Part shown: piece after piece, positions 1 to 8,475 of the stretch
Position numbering within the stretch: the stretch's first letter is position 1
How the letters are laid out: every line of letters begins with the position of its first letter
Source: Bacteroidales bacterium
Lineage (GTDB): Bacteria > Bacteroidota > Bacteroidia > Bacteroidales > F082
Assembly: GCA_045631805.1 (NCBI GenBank)
Contig: JAZQVL010000051.1
Coordinates: 4,515-68,514 of the forward strand
Direction of reading: 5' to 3'
Length of the DNA stretch: 64,000 nucleotides
Position numbers and translations under genes: made by a program
Notes under the pieces: model-generated
Told to the model about the DNA's origin: nothing
Seen by the model: the letters and a program-made list of their open reading frames with translations, nothing else
Databases searched by the model: none

Positions 1-1
1 A

Positions 2-499
2 TTCAAAATTAACGCTTCAACAGGTGGTCTCGACATCTTGGCTAAAATCGTTAATAAATATTTACACTTCGACATCGGTACATCAGTATCAGTAGCCGGT
101 TGGGTTATCTGCTGCACAGCTTTCATGATTAACCCTGCTCGTTTGGTTATCATCGGTTTGATCGGCACATGGATTAACGGCTTAGTTGTTGACTATTTCA
201 CAGCAAGCTTCAACAGAAAGAAAAAAGTCTGCATCATCTCTCCAGAACACAACCGCATCAAAGAATATATCGTCAACGACTTATCACGCGGCGTGACACT
301 TTACAATGTTGAAGGCGGTTACACAGGCGAGAAAAAAGTTGAACTCGTTGCTCTTTTAAGCACCGACGAATTCTCAGACTTGATGAGATACATCAACGAA
401 AACGAAATCAACGCTTTCATCACAGCTGGCAACGTAAGCGAAGTTTACGGACTCTGGGGTGACAAAAACAGACTCAAAAACGCTAAAAAAAGCATCTGA
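2..499 (+). CDS. YitT-family membrane protein, 5'-truncated at window edge
   Basis: The frame is open from base 2 (FKINASTGGLDILAKIV...). It has the STGGLDIL motif and a DUF2179-like C-terminal half, with stop TGA at 497-499. The ATG at 38 in the ORF track is internal. Confidence 0.7.
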   Translation, partial: FKINASTGGLDILAKIVNKYLHFDIGTSVSVAGWVICCTAFMINPARLVIIGLIGTWINGLVVDYFTASFNRKKKVCIISPEHNRIKEYIVNDLSRGVTLYNVEGGYTGEKKVELVALLSTDEFSDLMRYINENEINAFITAGNVSEVYGLWGDKNRLKNAKKSI

Positions 500-515
500 T
501 AGTTAATAAAAAAAA

Positions 516-538
516 ACGCTTGAAAAATTTTCAAGCGT
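516..538. terminator. Bidirectional intrinsic terminator
   Basis: Inverted repeat ACGCTTGAAAA/TTTTCAAGCGT is flanked by an A-run (507-516) and a T-run (538-546). It lies between convergent genes ending at 499 and 560. Confidence 0.8.
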
Positions 539-559
539 TTTTTTTATTCGTCATCATGA

Positions 560-1219
560 CTATAACTTCCAAAACAACGCTAATTGCAAAACATCATTAA
601 ACATTCCGTATCGACCGAAAAGCCTTCTTGTATAAATCACATTGCCATTACTATACGGTTCTTTAAAACTTTTGCAAATAGACGTCATTGAATCAACCGC
701 TCGCAATCCTATCTCTAAATTTTCTTTAACATTAACTCTAAAACCAACTATCGTGTTAAGAACAACTTTATTCCACGGATTGCTCACAGGAACAGGAACT
801 CCTTGTATTTCTTGTCGATAATCAACAAGAAAATCAAAGCTCAATCCCAATTCAAATTTCAACCAAGAAAGATTTATGTCGTTGACATTTATCTTATTAA
901 GATTATAACCAAAAACTACAGGCAAATCGACATAATCCAACTTTATCAAGAAAGGATCATACATAGGACGATTTTCAAGATCTGTAGAATACGATCCTTT
1001 TTGAATGTATTTCAACTCCATCTGAACGTCGATGTCGTCGGTGAGATTAAGCCCGACGAAAGCACCGCCAACAAGTCCTAATTTATTATAACCTCCACGA
1101 GCGTCACCGCCAACCTGCGAGGCGTCACCGCCTAATACCAATCCTCCAAAAAATTCCTGCGCCACCAAATTCACACTTAAGGCAAAAGCCAAAACAATAA
1201 AAAGTAAAAGTCTTTTCAT
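560..1219 (-). CDS. Small outer-membrane beta-barrel (porin-family, OMP_b-brl_2-like) protein
   Basis: Signal peptide MKRLLLFIVLAFALSVNLVAQ, alternating beta-strand pattern, and an aromatic residue near the C-terminus (..ALFWKL). ATG at 1217-1219. Confidence 0.6.
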   Translation of the reverse strand: MKRLLLFIVLAFALSVNLVAQEFFGGLVLGGDASQVGGDARGGYNKLGLVGGAFVGLNLTDDIDVQMELKYIQKGSYSTDLENRPMYDPFLIKLDYVDLPVVFGYNLNKINVNDINLSWLKFELGLSFDFLVDYRQEIQGVPVPVSNPWNKVVLNTIVGFRVNVKENLEIGLRAVDSMTSICKSFKEPYSNGNVIYTRRLFGRYGMFNDVLQLALFWKL

Positions 1220-1221
1220 AA

Positions 1222-2196
1222 TTATTTTTCTCTGTTAATACAATAATTCACCAACTCTTTTAATGAAGCAAGAGCTTCAGAATCTTTAATATCACCCAAT
1301 TGCGACAATGCCTCATTAACAAAATAATTCATCTTATCTTTTGCATAATCGAGACAATGATTCTGATGCACCTTATTTATTATGTCAAGTCTCGCATCCA
1401 AGTCATCGCTATGATATTTAATCTTTCTTATGATACTTCTTCTCTCGCCCCTGCTGCAAGTCTTCAAAAGATGAATCAGAGGCAATGTCATCTTATGTTC
1501 CTGAATATCATTGCCAGCAGGTTTACCTGTTTTATTGTCAAGTTGATAATCGAAAATGTCGTCTTTTATCTGGAAAGCAATTCCTGCCGATGTACCGAAG
1601 CGTTTCATTTTATCAACCTTATTTTCGTCTGCACCAACCGACAATGCACCTACCATACAGCAAGAAGCAATCAAAGAAGCTGTCTTTCTTTCAATAATAT
1701 CGTAATAATCCTCTTCGGTGATATCCATTCGTCTCGCCTTCTCCATCTGATAAATCTCGCCCTCGCTCATCGCCTTTACAGTCTCGGAAATACAATCTAA
1801 CATCTGATAGTCTTTATTCTGAAGAGCGAGAAGCATACCCTTAGAAAGAAGATAATCGCCGATGAGGACAGATATTTTATTTTTCCATAAAGCATTGAGA
1901 GAAAACATGCCACGACGTTCATCGGAATTATCCACCACGTCATCGTGAATCAATGTAGCAGTGTGCAGCAACTCAATAAAAGCGGCGGCGCGATAAGTGT
2001 TTTCATTTATCTCACCATGACATTTTGCCGACAGTAAAACGAACAATGGCCTTACTTGCTTGCCTTTTTGTTTTAAAACATATTTAAGTATCTTATTAAG
2101 CAAAGGCATTGGAGATTTAAGGCTATCTTCAAGAAAGACATTGAATTGCTTTAATTCTGGTTCTATCGTTTTTTTTATTACGTCGAGAGTGTTCAT
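1222..2196 (-). CDS. Polyprenyl (octaprenyl-type) diphosphate synthase
   Basis: Two Asp-rich motifs are present: LIHDDVVDNSDERRG and FQIKDDIFDY. I moved the start to the internal ATG at 2196 (MNTLDVIKK...), because a -7 promoter box (2214-2221) and word repeats lie inside the ORF-track extension to 2247. Confidence 0.85.
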   Translation of the reverse strand: MNTLDVIKKTIEPELKQFNVFLEDSLKSPMPLLNKILKYVLKQKGKQVRPLFVLLSAKCHGEINENTYRAAAFIELLHTATLIHDDVVDNSDERRGMFSLNALWKNKISVLIGDYLLSKGMLLALQNKDYQMLDCISETVKAMSEGEIYQMEKARRMDITEEDYYDIIERKTASLIASCCMVGALSVGADENKVDKMKRFGTSAGIAFQIKDDIFDYQLDNKTGKPAGNDIQEHKMTLPLIHLLKTCSRGERRSIIRKIKYHSDDLDARLDIINKVHQNHCLDYAKDKMNYFVNEALSQLGDIKDSEALASLKELVNYCINREK

Positions 2197-2213
2197 CAGA
2201 GATTTATTTTTTA

Positions 2214-2221
2214 CAAAGATA
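2214..2221 (-). promoter_or_regulatory. Bacteroidota -7 promoter box TATCTTTG (TAnnTTTG) for the polyprenyl synthase operon
   Basis: CAAAGATA on the plus strand, 18 nt upstream of ATG 2196. Confidence 0.55.
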
Positions 2222-2230
2222 GAATTTTTA

Positions 2231-2302
2231 AGACTACAAGACAACATGACTACAAGACAACAAGAAAATAATTCCTAATTCCTCACTCCTAATTCCTAAT
2301 TA
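2231..2302. repeat. Intergenic word repeats: GACTACAAGACAACA x2 (2232-2262), then TTCCTAA-type heptamers (2270-2302)
   Basis: Direct reading of the sequence. The 15-nt unit is repeated with a 1-nt spacer, followed by aattcctaattcctcactcctaattcctaatt. Confidence 0.9.
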
Positions 2303-2338
2303 TTATAACTTTTTTCTTTTTTATTCAAAAAAATATTA

Positions 2339-2346
2339 TACCTTTG
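2339..2346 (+). promoter_or_regulatory. -7 promoter box TACCTTTG for glyA
   Basis: Matches TAnnTTTG, 77 nt upstream of ATG 2423. Confidence 0.5.
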
Positions 2347-2422
2347 AGAGTTCAAAAAAGCGTAGAGGAAGAACCAACGCTTAGTAATGTAATTTATTTA
2401 ATATCAACAAAATAGATAAATC

Positions 2423-3703
2423 ATGAAAAAAGACACAAAAGTTTTTAACTTGATTCGCAAGGAAAAACAACGCCAAATGCACGGCATCGAACTTATCGCT
2501 TCAGAAAACTTCGTAAGCGACCAAGTGATGAAAGCCATGGGTTCAGTAATGACAAACAAATATGCTGAAGGTTATCCTGGCAAACGTTACTATGGTGGTT
2601 GTCAAATAGTTGACCAAACAGAAGAAATCGCAATAGCAAGAGCATGCGAATTATTCAACGCAACATACGCTAACGTTCAACCACACTCTGGCGCACAAGC
2701 TAACATGGCAGTTATGTTAACTTGTTTACAACCAGGTGATACATTCATGGGGCTCGACCTCGCACACGGCGGTCACCTTTCACACGGTTCACCTGTCAAC
2801 TCATCAGGTATCCTCTACAATCCAGTAGCATACCAAGTAAGCCCTGAAACAGGCCGCGTTGACTACGACAACATGGAAAAGGTAGCACTCGAGAAAAAAC
2901 CTAAACTCATCATCGCTGGTGCTTCAGCATATTCACGTGACTGGGATTACAAACGCATGCGCGAAATCGCTGACAAAATCGGCGCTATCTTGATGGCTGA
3001 CGTTTCTCACCCTTCAGGCCTCATCGCTCGCGGTATCCTCAACGACCCATTGGATTACTGTCACATCATCACAACAACAACACACAAGACACTCCGTGGT
3101 CCACGCGGCGGTATGATCTTGATGCGTGACGACTTCGAAAACCCATGGGGTTTGACAACACCTAAGGGCGAAGTTAAAATGATGTCAGCTCTCCTCAACA
3201 GCGCAGTATTCCCAGGCGTACAAGGCGGTCCACTCGAACACGTCATCGCAAGTAAGGCTGTTGCTTTCGGCGAAGCTCTCTCAGATGAATACTTCGAATA
3301 CATCCTCCAAGTTAAGAAAAACGCTACAGTGATGGCTAAAGCTTTCACAGACAGAGGTTACAATATCATCTCAGGCGGTACAGACAACCACCTCATGCTC
3401 ATCGACCTCCGTTCTAAATTCCCTGAAATCACAGGTAGAAAAGTTGAAGACATCCTCGTTCAAGCTGACATCACAGTCAACAAGAACATGGTTCCATTCG
3501 ACAGCCGTTCTCCATTCCAAACATCAGGTCTCCGCGTAGGTACTCCAGCTATCACAACACGTGGTCTCAAAGAAGAACACATGGAACCTATCGTTGAATT
3601 AATCGACGACGTAATCAGCAACATCGACAACGCTGCTAAGATTACTGCAGTAAGAGAAAAAGTCAACGAAATGATGTCAGAATTCCCATTGTTTGCTTGG
3701 TAA
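2423..3703 (+). CDS. glyA: Serine hydroxymethyltransferase
   Basis: Full-length SHMT with the PLP-lysine motif [14 protein letters not shown] and N-terminal ELIASENF. Confidence 0.97.
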   Translation: MKKDTKVFNLIRKEKQRQMHGIELIASENFVSDQVMKAMGSVMTNKYAEGYPGKRYYGGCQIVDQTEEIAIARACELFNATYANVQPHSGAQANMAVMLTCLQPGDTFMGLDLAHGGHLSHGSPVNSSGILYNPVAYQVSPETGRVDYDNMEKVALEKKPKLIIAGASAYSRDWDYKRMREIADKIGAILMADVSHPSGLIARGILNDPLDYCHIITTTTHKTLRGPRGGMILMRDDFENPWGLTTPKGEVKMMSALLNSAVFPGVQGGPLEHVIASKAVAFGEALSDEYFEYILQVKKNATVMAKAFTDRGYNIISGGTDNHLMLIDLRSKFPEITGRKVEDILVQADITVNKNMVPFDSRSPFQTSGLRVGTPAITTRGLKEEHMEPIVELIDDVISNIDNAAKITAVREKVNEMMSEFPLFAW

Positions 3704-3746
3704 TTTGAAGACTACAAGACTATAAGTCAACAAGACTATAAGCGAG

Positions 3747-3771
3747 GAGCGCTACTGTTAAAGTGGCGCTC
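3747..3771 (+). terminator. Intrinsic terminator of glyA
   Basis: Stem GAGCGCTAC/GTGGCGCTC (one G-U pair), 7-nt loop, followed by TTCTTTTT. Confidence 0.75.
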
Positions 3772-3808
3772 TTCTTTTTACGACTAAGGACTAAAGGAAA
3801 AGAAAAAA

Positions 3809-3838
3809 TTCCTAATTCCTAATTCCTAATTCCTAATT
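3809..3838. repeat. (TTCCTAA)x4 perfect heptamer tandem repeat
   Basis: ttcctaattcctaattcctaattcctaatt, flanked by A6 and A7 runs. Confidence 0.95.
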
Positions 3839-3886
3839 AAAAAAACTTTTTGTCTCGTAGTCTTGTGGTCTTGTAGTCTTTTTTAT

Positions 3887-3894
3887 TATCTTTG
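3887..3894 (+). promoter_or_regulatory. -7 promoter box TATCTTTG for trpS
   Basis: TAnnTTTG match 18 nt upstream of ATG 3912, preceded by a T6 tract and GTCTTGTAGTC words. Confidence 0.55.
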
Positions 3895-3911
3895 CGTATT
3901 AATTTTTGAAT

Positions 3912-4910
3912 ATGAAAGAAATAGTTTTAAGCGGTATAAGACCAACAGGCAATCTCCACCTCGGTAATTATTACGGAGCAGTACAGAATTTCCTTAAATT
4001 ACAAGATAGTTATAATTGTTATTTTTTCATTGCTGACTATCACTCACTTACAACTCATCCTCATCCAGATGACTTGCACGGAAGAGTAAAACAAATCCTC
4101 GTGGAATATCTCGCAGCAGGTCTCGACCCTGAAAAAGCTACATTATATGTCCAAAGCGACGTGCCTGAAGTAGTTGAGTTATACCTCTTCTTAAACATGA
4201 ACGCTTACATCGGTGAGCTTGAACGCGTCACTACATTTAAAGAAAAAGTACGTAAACAACCAGATAACGTCAACGCTGGCCTCCTTACCTATCCTACTCT
4301 CATGGCTGCCGACATCTTGATTCATAAATCAAATTATATCCCTGTAGGAAAAGACCAAGAACAAAACCTTGAAAAAGCACGCGACTTCGCTGAAAGATTC
4401 AACCGTATCTACGGCATCGACTACTTCCCAGTGCCTCAAGGATTTAACTTCGGCAACGACCTCATCAAAGTCCCTGGACTCGACGGCAGCGGCAAAATGG
4501 GCAAATCGGAAGGCGAAGGCAACGCTATCTTCTTGTGCGAAGACGACAAGTCAATCCGCAAGAAAGTAATGCGCGCAGTAACAGACAGCGGTCCTACAGA
4601 ACCTAACCAAGTAAAACCAGAAGCAATACAAAACCTTTTTAACCTCATGAAGATTGTATCAACACCTGACACTGTCCAGTTCTTCGACGACGCTTATAAT
4701 AACATGACAATACGTTATGGCGACATGAAGAAACAACTTGCTGAAGACATCATCCAGGTGGTGACTCCTTTCCGCGAACGCATCAACGAATTGTCAAGCG
4801 ACGACGAATATATCAAGAAAGTCGCACGAATGGGAGCTGAAAAAGCTCACGAAAGCGCAAGCAAGACAATCAAAGAGGTTAGAGAAATTATCGGATTCAG
4901 AAGTTTTTAA
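3912..4910 (+). CDS. trpS: Tryptophan--tRNA ligase
   Basis: Class I motifs are present: a HIGH variant (TGNLHLGNYYG) and KMSKS (GKMGKSEG). I prefer ATG 3912 over the ORF-track TTG at 3906. Confidence 0.95.
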   Translation: MKEIVLSGIRPTGNLHLGNYYGAVQNFLKLQDSYNCYFFIADYHSLTTHPHPDDLHGRVKQILVEYLAAGLDPEKATLYVQSDVPEVVELYLFLNMNAYIGELERVTTFKEKVRKQPDNVNAGLLTYPTLMAADILIHKSNYIPVGKDQEQNLEKARDFAERFNRIYGIDYFPVPQGFNFGNDLIKVPGLDGSGKMGKSEGEGNAIFLCEDDKSIRKKVMRAVTDSGPTEPNQVKPEAIQNLFNLMKIVSTPDTVQFFDDAYNNMTIRYGDMKKQLAEDIIQVVTPFRERINELSSDDEYIKKVARMGAEKAHESASKTIKEVREIIGFRSF

Positions 4911-4915
4911 ATTTT

Positions 4916-4993
4916 GCTTAAGGTTTAATGCTTAAGGTTTAAGGTCGGTTCAATACACTTTAAGCCTTAAACTTTAAGCCTTAAACTTTAAAC
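4916..4993 (+). other. Long imperfect hairpin (about 29 bp) built from TTTAAGG/CCTTAAA heptamer words between trpS and hflX
   Basis: Arm 4916-4944 pairs with arm 4965-4993 (25 Watson-Crick pairs, 2 G-U pairs, 2 mismatches) around a 20-nt loop. It starts 6 nt after the trpS stop and ends 10 nt before the hflX ATG. Confidence 0.8.
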
Positions 4994-5002
4994 TTTAAAA
5001 AA

Positions 5003-6193
5003 ATGGAGAAATTTGTTGTTTACGAAGACAAGGTAGAGACAGCGGTCTTGATTGCCGTTTGCACTCAGACTCAGAACAGAGAGAAGACAGAGGAATATCT
5101 TGACGAACTCGCTTTCCTAATAGAGACAGCAGGTGGAGTGCCAGTGGCTCGTTTCATCCAGCCTCTCGACCATCCTAACAGCGTGACTTATTTAGGTACA
5201 GGCAAGCTCGAAGAGGTCAAACAATATATCAAAGCCGAAAATATCACAATGGCGGTCTTCGACGACGAACTCACTCCTACTCAACTTCGTAACATCGAGA
5301 AAGAACTCGAATGCAAAATTTTAGACAGAACAAACCTCATCTTAGACATCTTCGCTAAGAACGCCAGAACAGCTCACGCCAAGACACAAGTGGAACTCGC
5401 TCAGTATCAATATATGCTCCCTCGCTTGACTCACTTGTGGACTCACTTGGAGAGACAAAAAGGTGGTATCGGTCTGAGAGGTCCTGGTGAAAAGGAAATT
5501 GAAACCGACCGCCGTATCATACGCGACAAAATCACAAGTCTCAAAGAAAGACTTAAAGAAATAGACATGCAGAAGACTGTCCAACGTAAAAACAGAGGAC
5601 AACTCGTAAGAGTAGCGCTCGTAGGTTACACCAACGTAGGCAAGTCAACGATAATGAATCTGTTAAGTAAATCCGACGTGTTCGCAGAGAACAAACTCTT
5701 CGCAACATTGGAGACAACAGTTCGCAAGGTGGTGGTAGAAAATCTCCCATTCCTTCTCTCCGACACTGTAGGTTTCATCAGAAAACTGCCTCACCAACTC
5801 GTAGAGTCATTCAAATCAACATTAGACGAGGTTCGTGAGTCTGACATACTTCTTCACGTTGTCGATATTTCACACCCAGATTTCGAATCACAGATTGAGG
5901 TAGTAAACAAAACTCTTAACGAAATAGGCGCTGGCGACAAGAAAACCATCATGGTTTTCAATAAGATAGACGCTTATAGTTATGTCGAAAAAGAAGAAGA
6001 CGATTTAACCCCAGTAACAAAATACAACTACTCACTTGAAGACTGGAAGAAGACATGGATGGCGAAAGGCAACTCATGCATATTCATCTCTGCTGTCGAA
6101 AAAGACAACTATCAGGAGTTTAGAGATCTTTTATACCAAGAGATAAAAGACATGCATGCCATCAGATACCCTTACGATAACTTCTTATATTGA
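5003..6193 (+). CDS. hflX: GTPase HflX
   Basis: G1 GYTNVGKST, G3 DTVGF, G4 NKID, and an HflX N-terminal domain. Confidence 0.93.
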   Translation: MEKFVVYEDKVETAVLIAVCTQTQNREKTEEYLDELAFLIETAGGVPVARFIQPLDHPNSVTYLGTGKLEEVKQYIKAENITMAVFDDELTPTQLRNIEKELECKILDRTNLILDIFAKNARTAHAKTQVELAQYQYMLPRLTHLWTHLERQKGGIGLRGPGEKEIETDRRIIRDKITSLKERLKEIDMQKTVQRKNRGQLVRVALVGYTNVGKSTIMNLLSKSDVFAENKLFATLETTVRKVVVENLPFLLSDTVGFIRKLPHQLVESFKSTLDEVRESDILLHVVDISHPDFESQIEVVNKTLNEIGAGDKKTIMVFNKIDAYSYVEKEEDDLTPVTKYNYSLEDWKKTWMAKGNSCIFISAVEKDNYQEFRDLLYQEIKDMHAIRYPYDNFLY

Positions 6194-6198
6194 TAATC

Positions 6199-6963
6199 AT
6201 GTACATCGACACTCATTCACATATTTACGACGAGGCTTTCGACACCGACAGAGAATCGGTGTTTCATAGAGCTCTTGAAGTCGGTGTCGAGATGGTGCTG
6301 CTTCCTAATACAGATGAAAGCACCATCAAGCCTATGATGGATTTCTACGAAAGTCATCTCGACAACTGCAGAGTGATGATGGGTCTTCATCCAGAAGGCG
6401 TCAAAGAAGACTACAAACGTCATCTTTCTGTCATCGAAAAAGAAATGGAAAGACAATGTTGGATTGGAGTCGGTGAAATAGGTTTAGATTTATATTGGGA
6501 CAAGACATTTGAAAAACAACAAGTTGAGGTTTTAAGAGAACAGCTCGCATGGGCTAAACAGCTGCATCTTCCCGTGTCGCTGCACACCCGAGAAGCTTTC
6601 GACCTTATGTTTAAAGTGTTAGAACACGAACAAGACGGAAGCCTGAAAGGTGTTTTCCATTGTTTCAACGGAACAAAAGAACAAGCAGACATCGCTATTT
6701 CATTGGGTTTCCACCTCGGACTCGGCGGCGTCATCACATATAAAAACTGCGACGTCAAAAGTTTCTTGAATGAGATACCTTTAAACAAAATACTTCTTGA
6801 AACTGACGACCCTTATCTTCCACCTGTTCCATACAGAGGGAAAAGAAACGAAATTTCTTATATGACAGAGGTAGCCAAGAAAATCGCAGAAGTAAAACAA
6901 ATTGACATTAAAGAAGTTGCAGAAGCAACATCATATAACGCAAGACAATTATTTAATTTTTAA
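6199..6963 (+). CDS. tatD: TatD-family metal-dependent hydrolase
   Basis: N-terminal YIDTHSH motif and a TIM-barrel hydrolase pattern. ATG 6199 is preferred over the TTG at 6190, which overlaps the hflX stop. Confidence 0.88.
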   Translation: MYIDTHSHIYDEAFDTDRESVFHRALEVGVEMVLLPNTDESTIKPMMDFYESHLDNCRVMMGLHPEGVKEDYKRHLSVIEKEMERQCWIGVGEIGLDLYWDKTFEKQQVEVLREQLAWAKQLHLPVSLHTREAFDLMFKVLEHEQDGSLKGVFHCFNGTKEQADIAISLGFHLGLGGVITYKNCDVKSFLNEIPLNKILLETDDPYLPPVPYRGKRNEISYMTEVAKKIAEVKQIDIKEVAEATSYNARQLFNF

Positions 6964-6979
6964 CATAAAACTTTAGGTT

Positions 6980-8011
6980 ATGTCAGGAGAAAAAACTTCA
7001 TTATTAATACTTTATACCGGCGGTACAATCGGAATGATGCAAGACCCACAAACCGGCAGTTTAATACCTTTTGACTTTGACAATCTTTACGACCATTTGC
7101 CTGTTTTGAGAAACTTGGATTATCAATTGGATTTTTACGCCTTCGACAATCTCATTGATTCTTCTAACATGACACCTGATTTCTGGGTGACATTGGCAGA
7201 GAAAATCGAAAGCTGCTATGAGAAATACGACGGATTCGTTGTATTACACGGTTCCGACACTATGGCTTATACTGCATCGGCCTTGAGTTTTATGTTAGAA
7301 AATCTTAACAAACCTGTAGTTTTCACAGGCTCACAGTTGCCTATGGGTATGGTAAGAAGCGACGGAAGAGAGAATATCATCGCAGCAATAGAAATAGCAG
7401 CTGCCAAAGACCAAGACACAGCTATGGTTCCAGAAGTAACAATATTCTTTGAAAACCAACTTCTTAGAGGTAACAGAACCACAAAACACAACGCAGAACA
7501 TTTCAATGCCTTCGTTTCTGGAAATTATCCTTCACTCGCCGACGTCGGCGTTCGCATCAAATATAATAAGGAATATATAATGAAGCCTAACTTTAAAAAG
7601 TTAAAACTTCATAAGAAATTAGACAACAATGTCGCAATTTTAAAATTATTCCCTGGCATTACCAAAGAATTCGTTCACCATACATTAAACACACCTAATT
7701 TAAAGGCATTGATTATCGAGACTTACGGTTCTGGCAACGCACCGACAGCCTCATGGTTCATCGACGGATTAAAAGAAGCCATCGACAAAGGCCTGATTAT
7801 ATATAATGTAACACAATGCAAATCCGGTTCTGTAGAAATGGGACGCTACGAGACAAGTTTAGATTTAAATAGAATAGGTGTATTGAGCGGACACGACATC
7901 ACAACAGAGTCGGCAATAGCTAAACTGATGTATCTGTTAGGCGAAGGATACTCTCCTGAAAAAATCAAAGATTTGTTGCAAACACCTATCAGAGGCGAAA
8001 TGACAGTATAA
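6980..8011 (+). CDS. ansA: Type I L-asparaginase
   Basis: Asparaginase signature LILYTGGTIGM plus HGSDTMAYTA. Confidence 0.9.
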   Translation: MSGEKTSLLILYTGGTIGMMQDPQTGSLIPFDFDNLYDHLPVLRNLDYQLDFYAFDNLIDSSNMTPDFWVTLAEKIESCYEKYDGFVVLHGSDTMAYTASALSFMLENLNKPVVFTGSQLPMGMVRSDGRENIIAAIEIAAAKDQDTAMVPEVTIFFENQLLRGNRTTKHNAEHFNAFVSGNYPSLADVGVRIKYNKEYIMKPNFKKLKLHKKLDNNVAILKLFPGITKEFVHHTLNTPNLKALIIETYGSGNAPTASWFIDGLKEAIDKGLIIYNVTQCKSGSVEMGRYETSLDLNRIGVLSGHDITTESAIAKLMYLLGEGYSPEKIKDLLQTPIRGEMTV

Positions 8012-8023
8012 TGACTGATGACT

Positions 8024-8078
8024 AAAGGCAAAAGACTAAAGGTTATGTTCTTTAGTCCTTTGTCTTTCGACTTTTTTT
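8024..8078 (+). terminator. Intrinsic terminator of ansA built from GACTAAAGG words
   Basis: 18-bp stem 8024-8041 / 8050-8067 (1 mismatch, 1 G-U pair), 8-nt loop, and a T7 run at 8072-8078. Confidence 0.75.
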
Positions 8079-8244
8079 GAAGATAAAACGTATAAAAAAA
8101 GGATAGTTTATTAAATAAAAATTAAGAATAAAATTAATTTAAGCTTGATTTTATCAAAAAAACATTGATATAACAATAGTTAAGCGAATATCAAAAAAGA
8201 AAATATTGTTTAAAAATAATTTCGTTTTTTAAAGAAAAAATATG

Positions 8245-8252
8245 TAACTTTG
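8245..8252 (+). promoter_or_regulatory. -7 promoter box TAACTTTG upstream of tRNA-Ser
   Basis: TAnnTTTG match 27 nt upstream of tRNA position 1. Confidence 0.45.
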
Positions 8253-8278
8253 GGCCGAGTTTTTTAAGGCTTGTAGAA

Positions 8279-8366
8279 GGAGAGATGTCCGAGTGGTTTA
8301 AGGAGCACGCCTGGAAAGTGTGTATACTCCAAAAGGGTATCGCGGGTTCGAATCCCGCTCTCTCCG
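8279..8366 (+). tRNA. tRNA-Ser (anticodon GGA), class II with long variable arm, no encoded CCA
   Basis: I folded the cloverleaf by hand. Acceptor stem GGAGAGA/TCTCTCC, 3-bp D stem, anticodon stem CACGC/GTGTG with loop CTGGAAA, long variable arm, T arm GCGGG-TTCGAAT-CCCGC, and discriminator G. Confidence 0.95.
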
Positions 8367-8475
8367 CAGAGACTTAAAATTCAGCTTGTTAACAATAAAA
8401 TTGAAATAAACTAAGTTAAATTAAAATAAGTAATCAATCAAAAAAATTAAAAAGTAGTAATCAACATTTCCAATT

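Larger units (their letters stand above)
3707..3880. repeat. Inverted word-repeat arms (3707-3742 and 3852-3880, GACTACAAGAC type) bracketing the glyA terminator
   Basis: The reverse complement of 3852-3880 (aagactacaagaccacaagactacgagac) matches 3708-3736 at about 24 of 29 positions. GACTAAGGACTAAAGG at 3782-3797 lies between the arms. Confidence 0.8.

Noticed and set aside
2347-2422. A possible riboswitch or attenuator in the glyA 5' leader (small hairpin AGCGT..ACGCT).
   Set aside because: There is only a 5-bp stem, with no resemblance to ZTP, THF or glycine riboswitch cores that I can recognise. No T-box-like elements lie upstream of trpS or tyrS either.
3707-3880. The inverted word arms around the glyA terminator as a phase-variable invertible element (inverton).
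   Set aside because: The trpS -7 box lies outside the arms and the arms are imperfect (about 24 of 29 positions). No site-specific recombinase is nearby, and the same words occur at many sites without an inverted partner.
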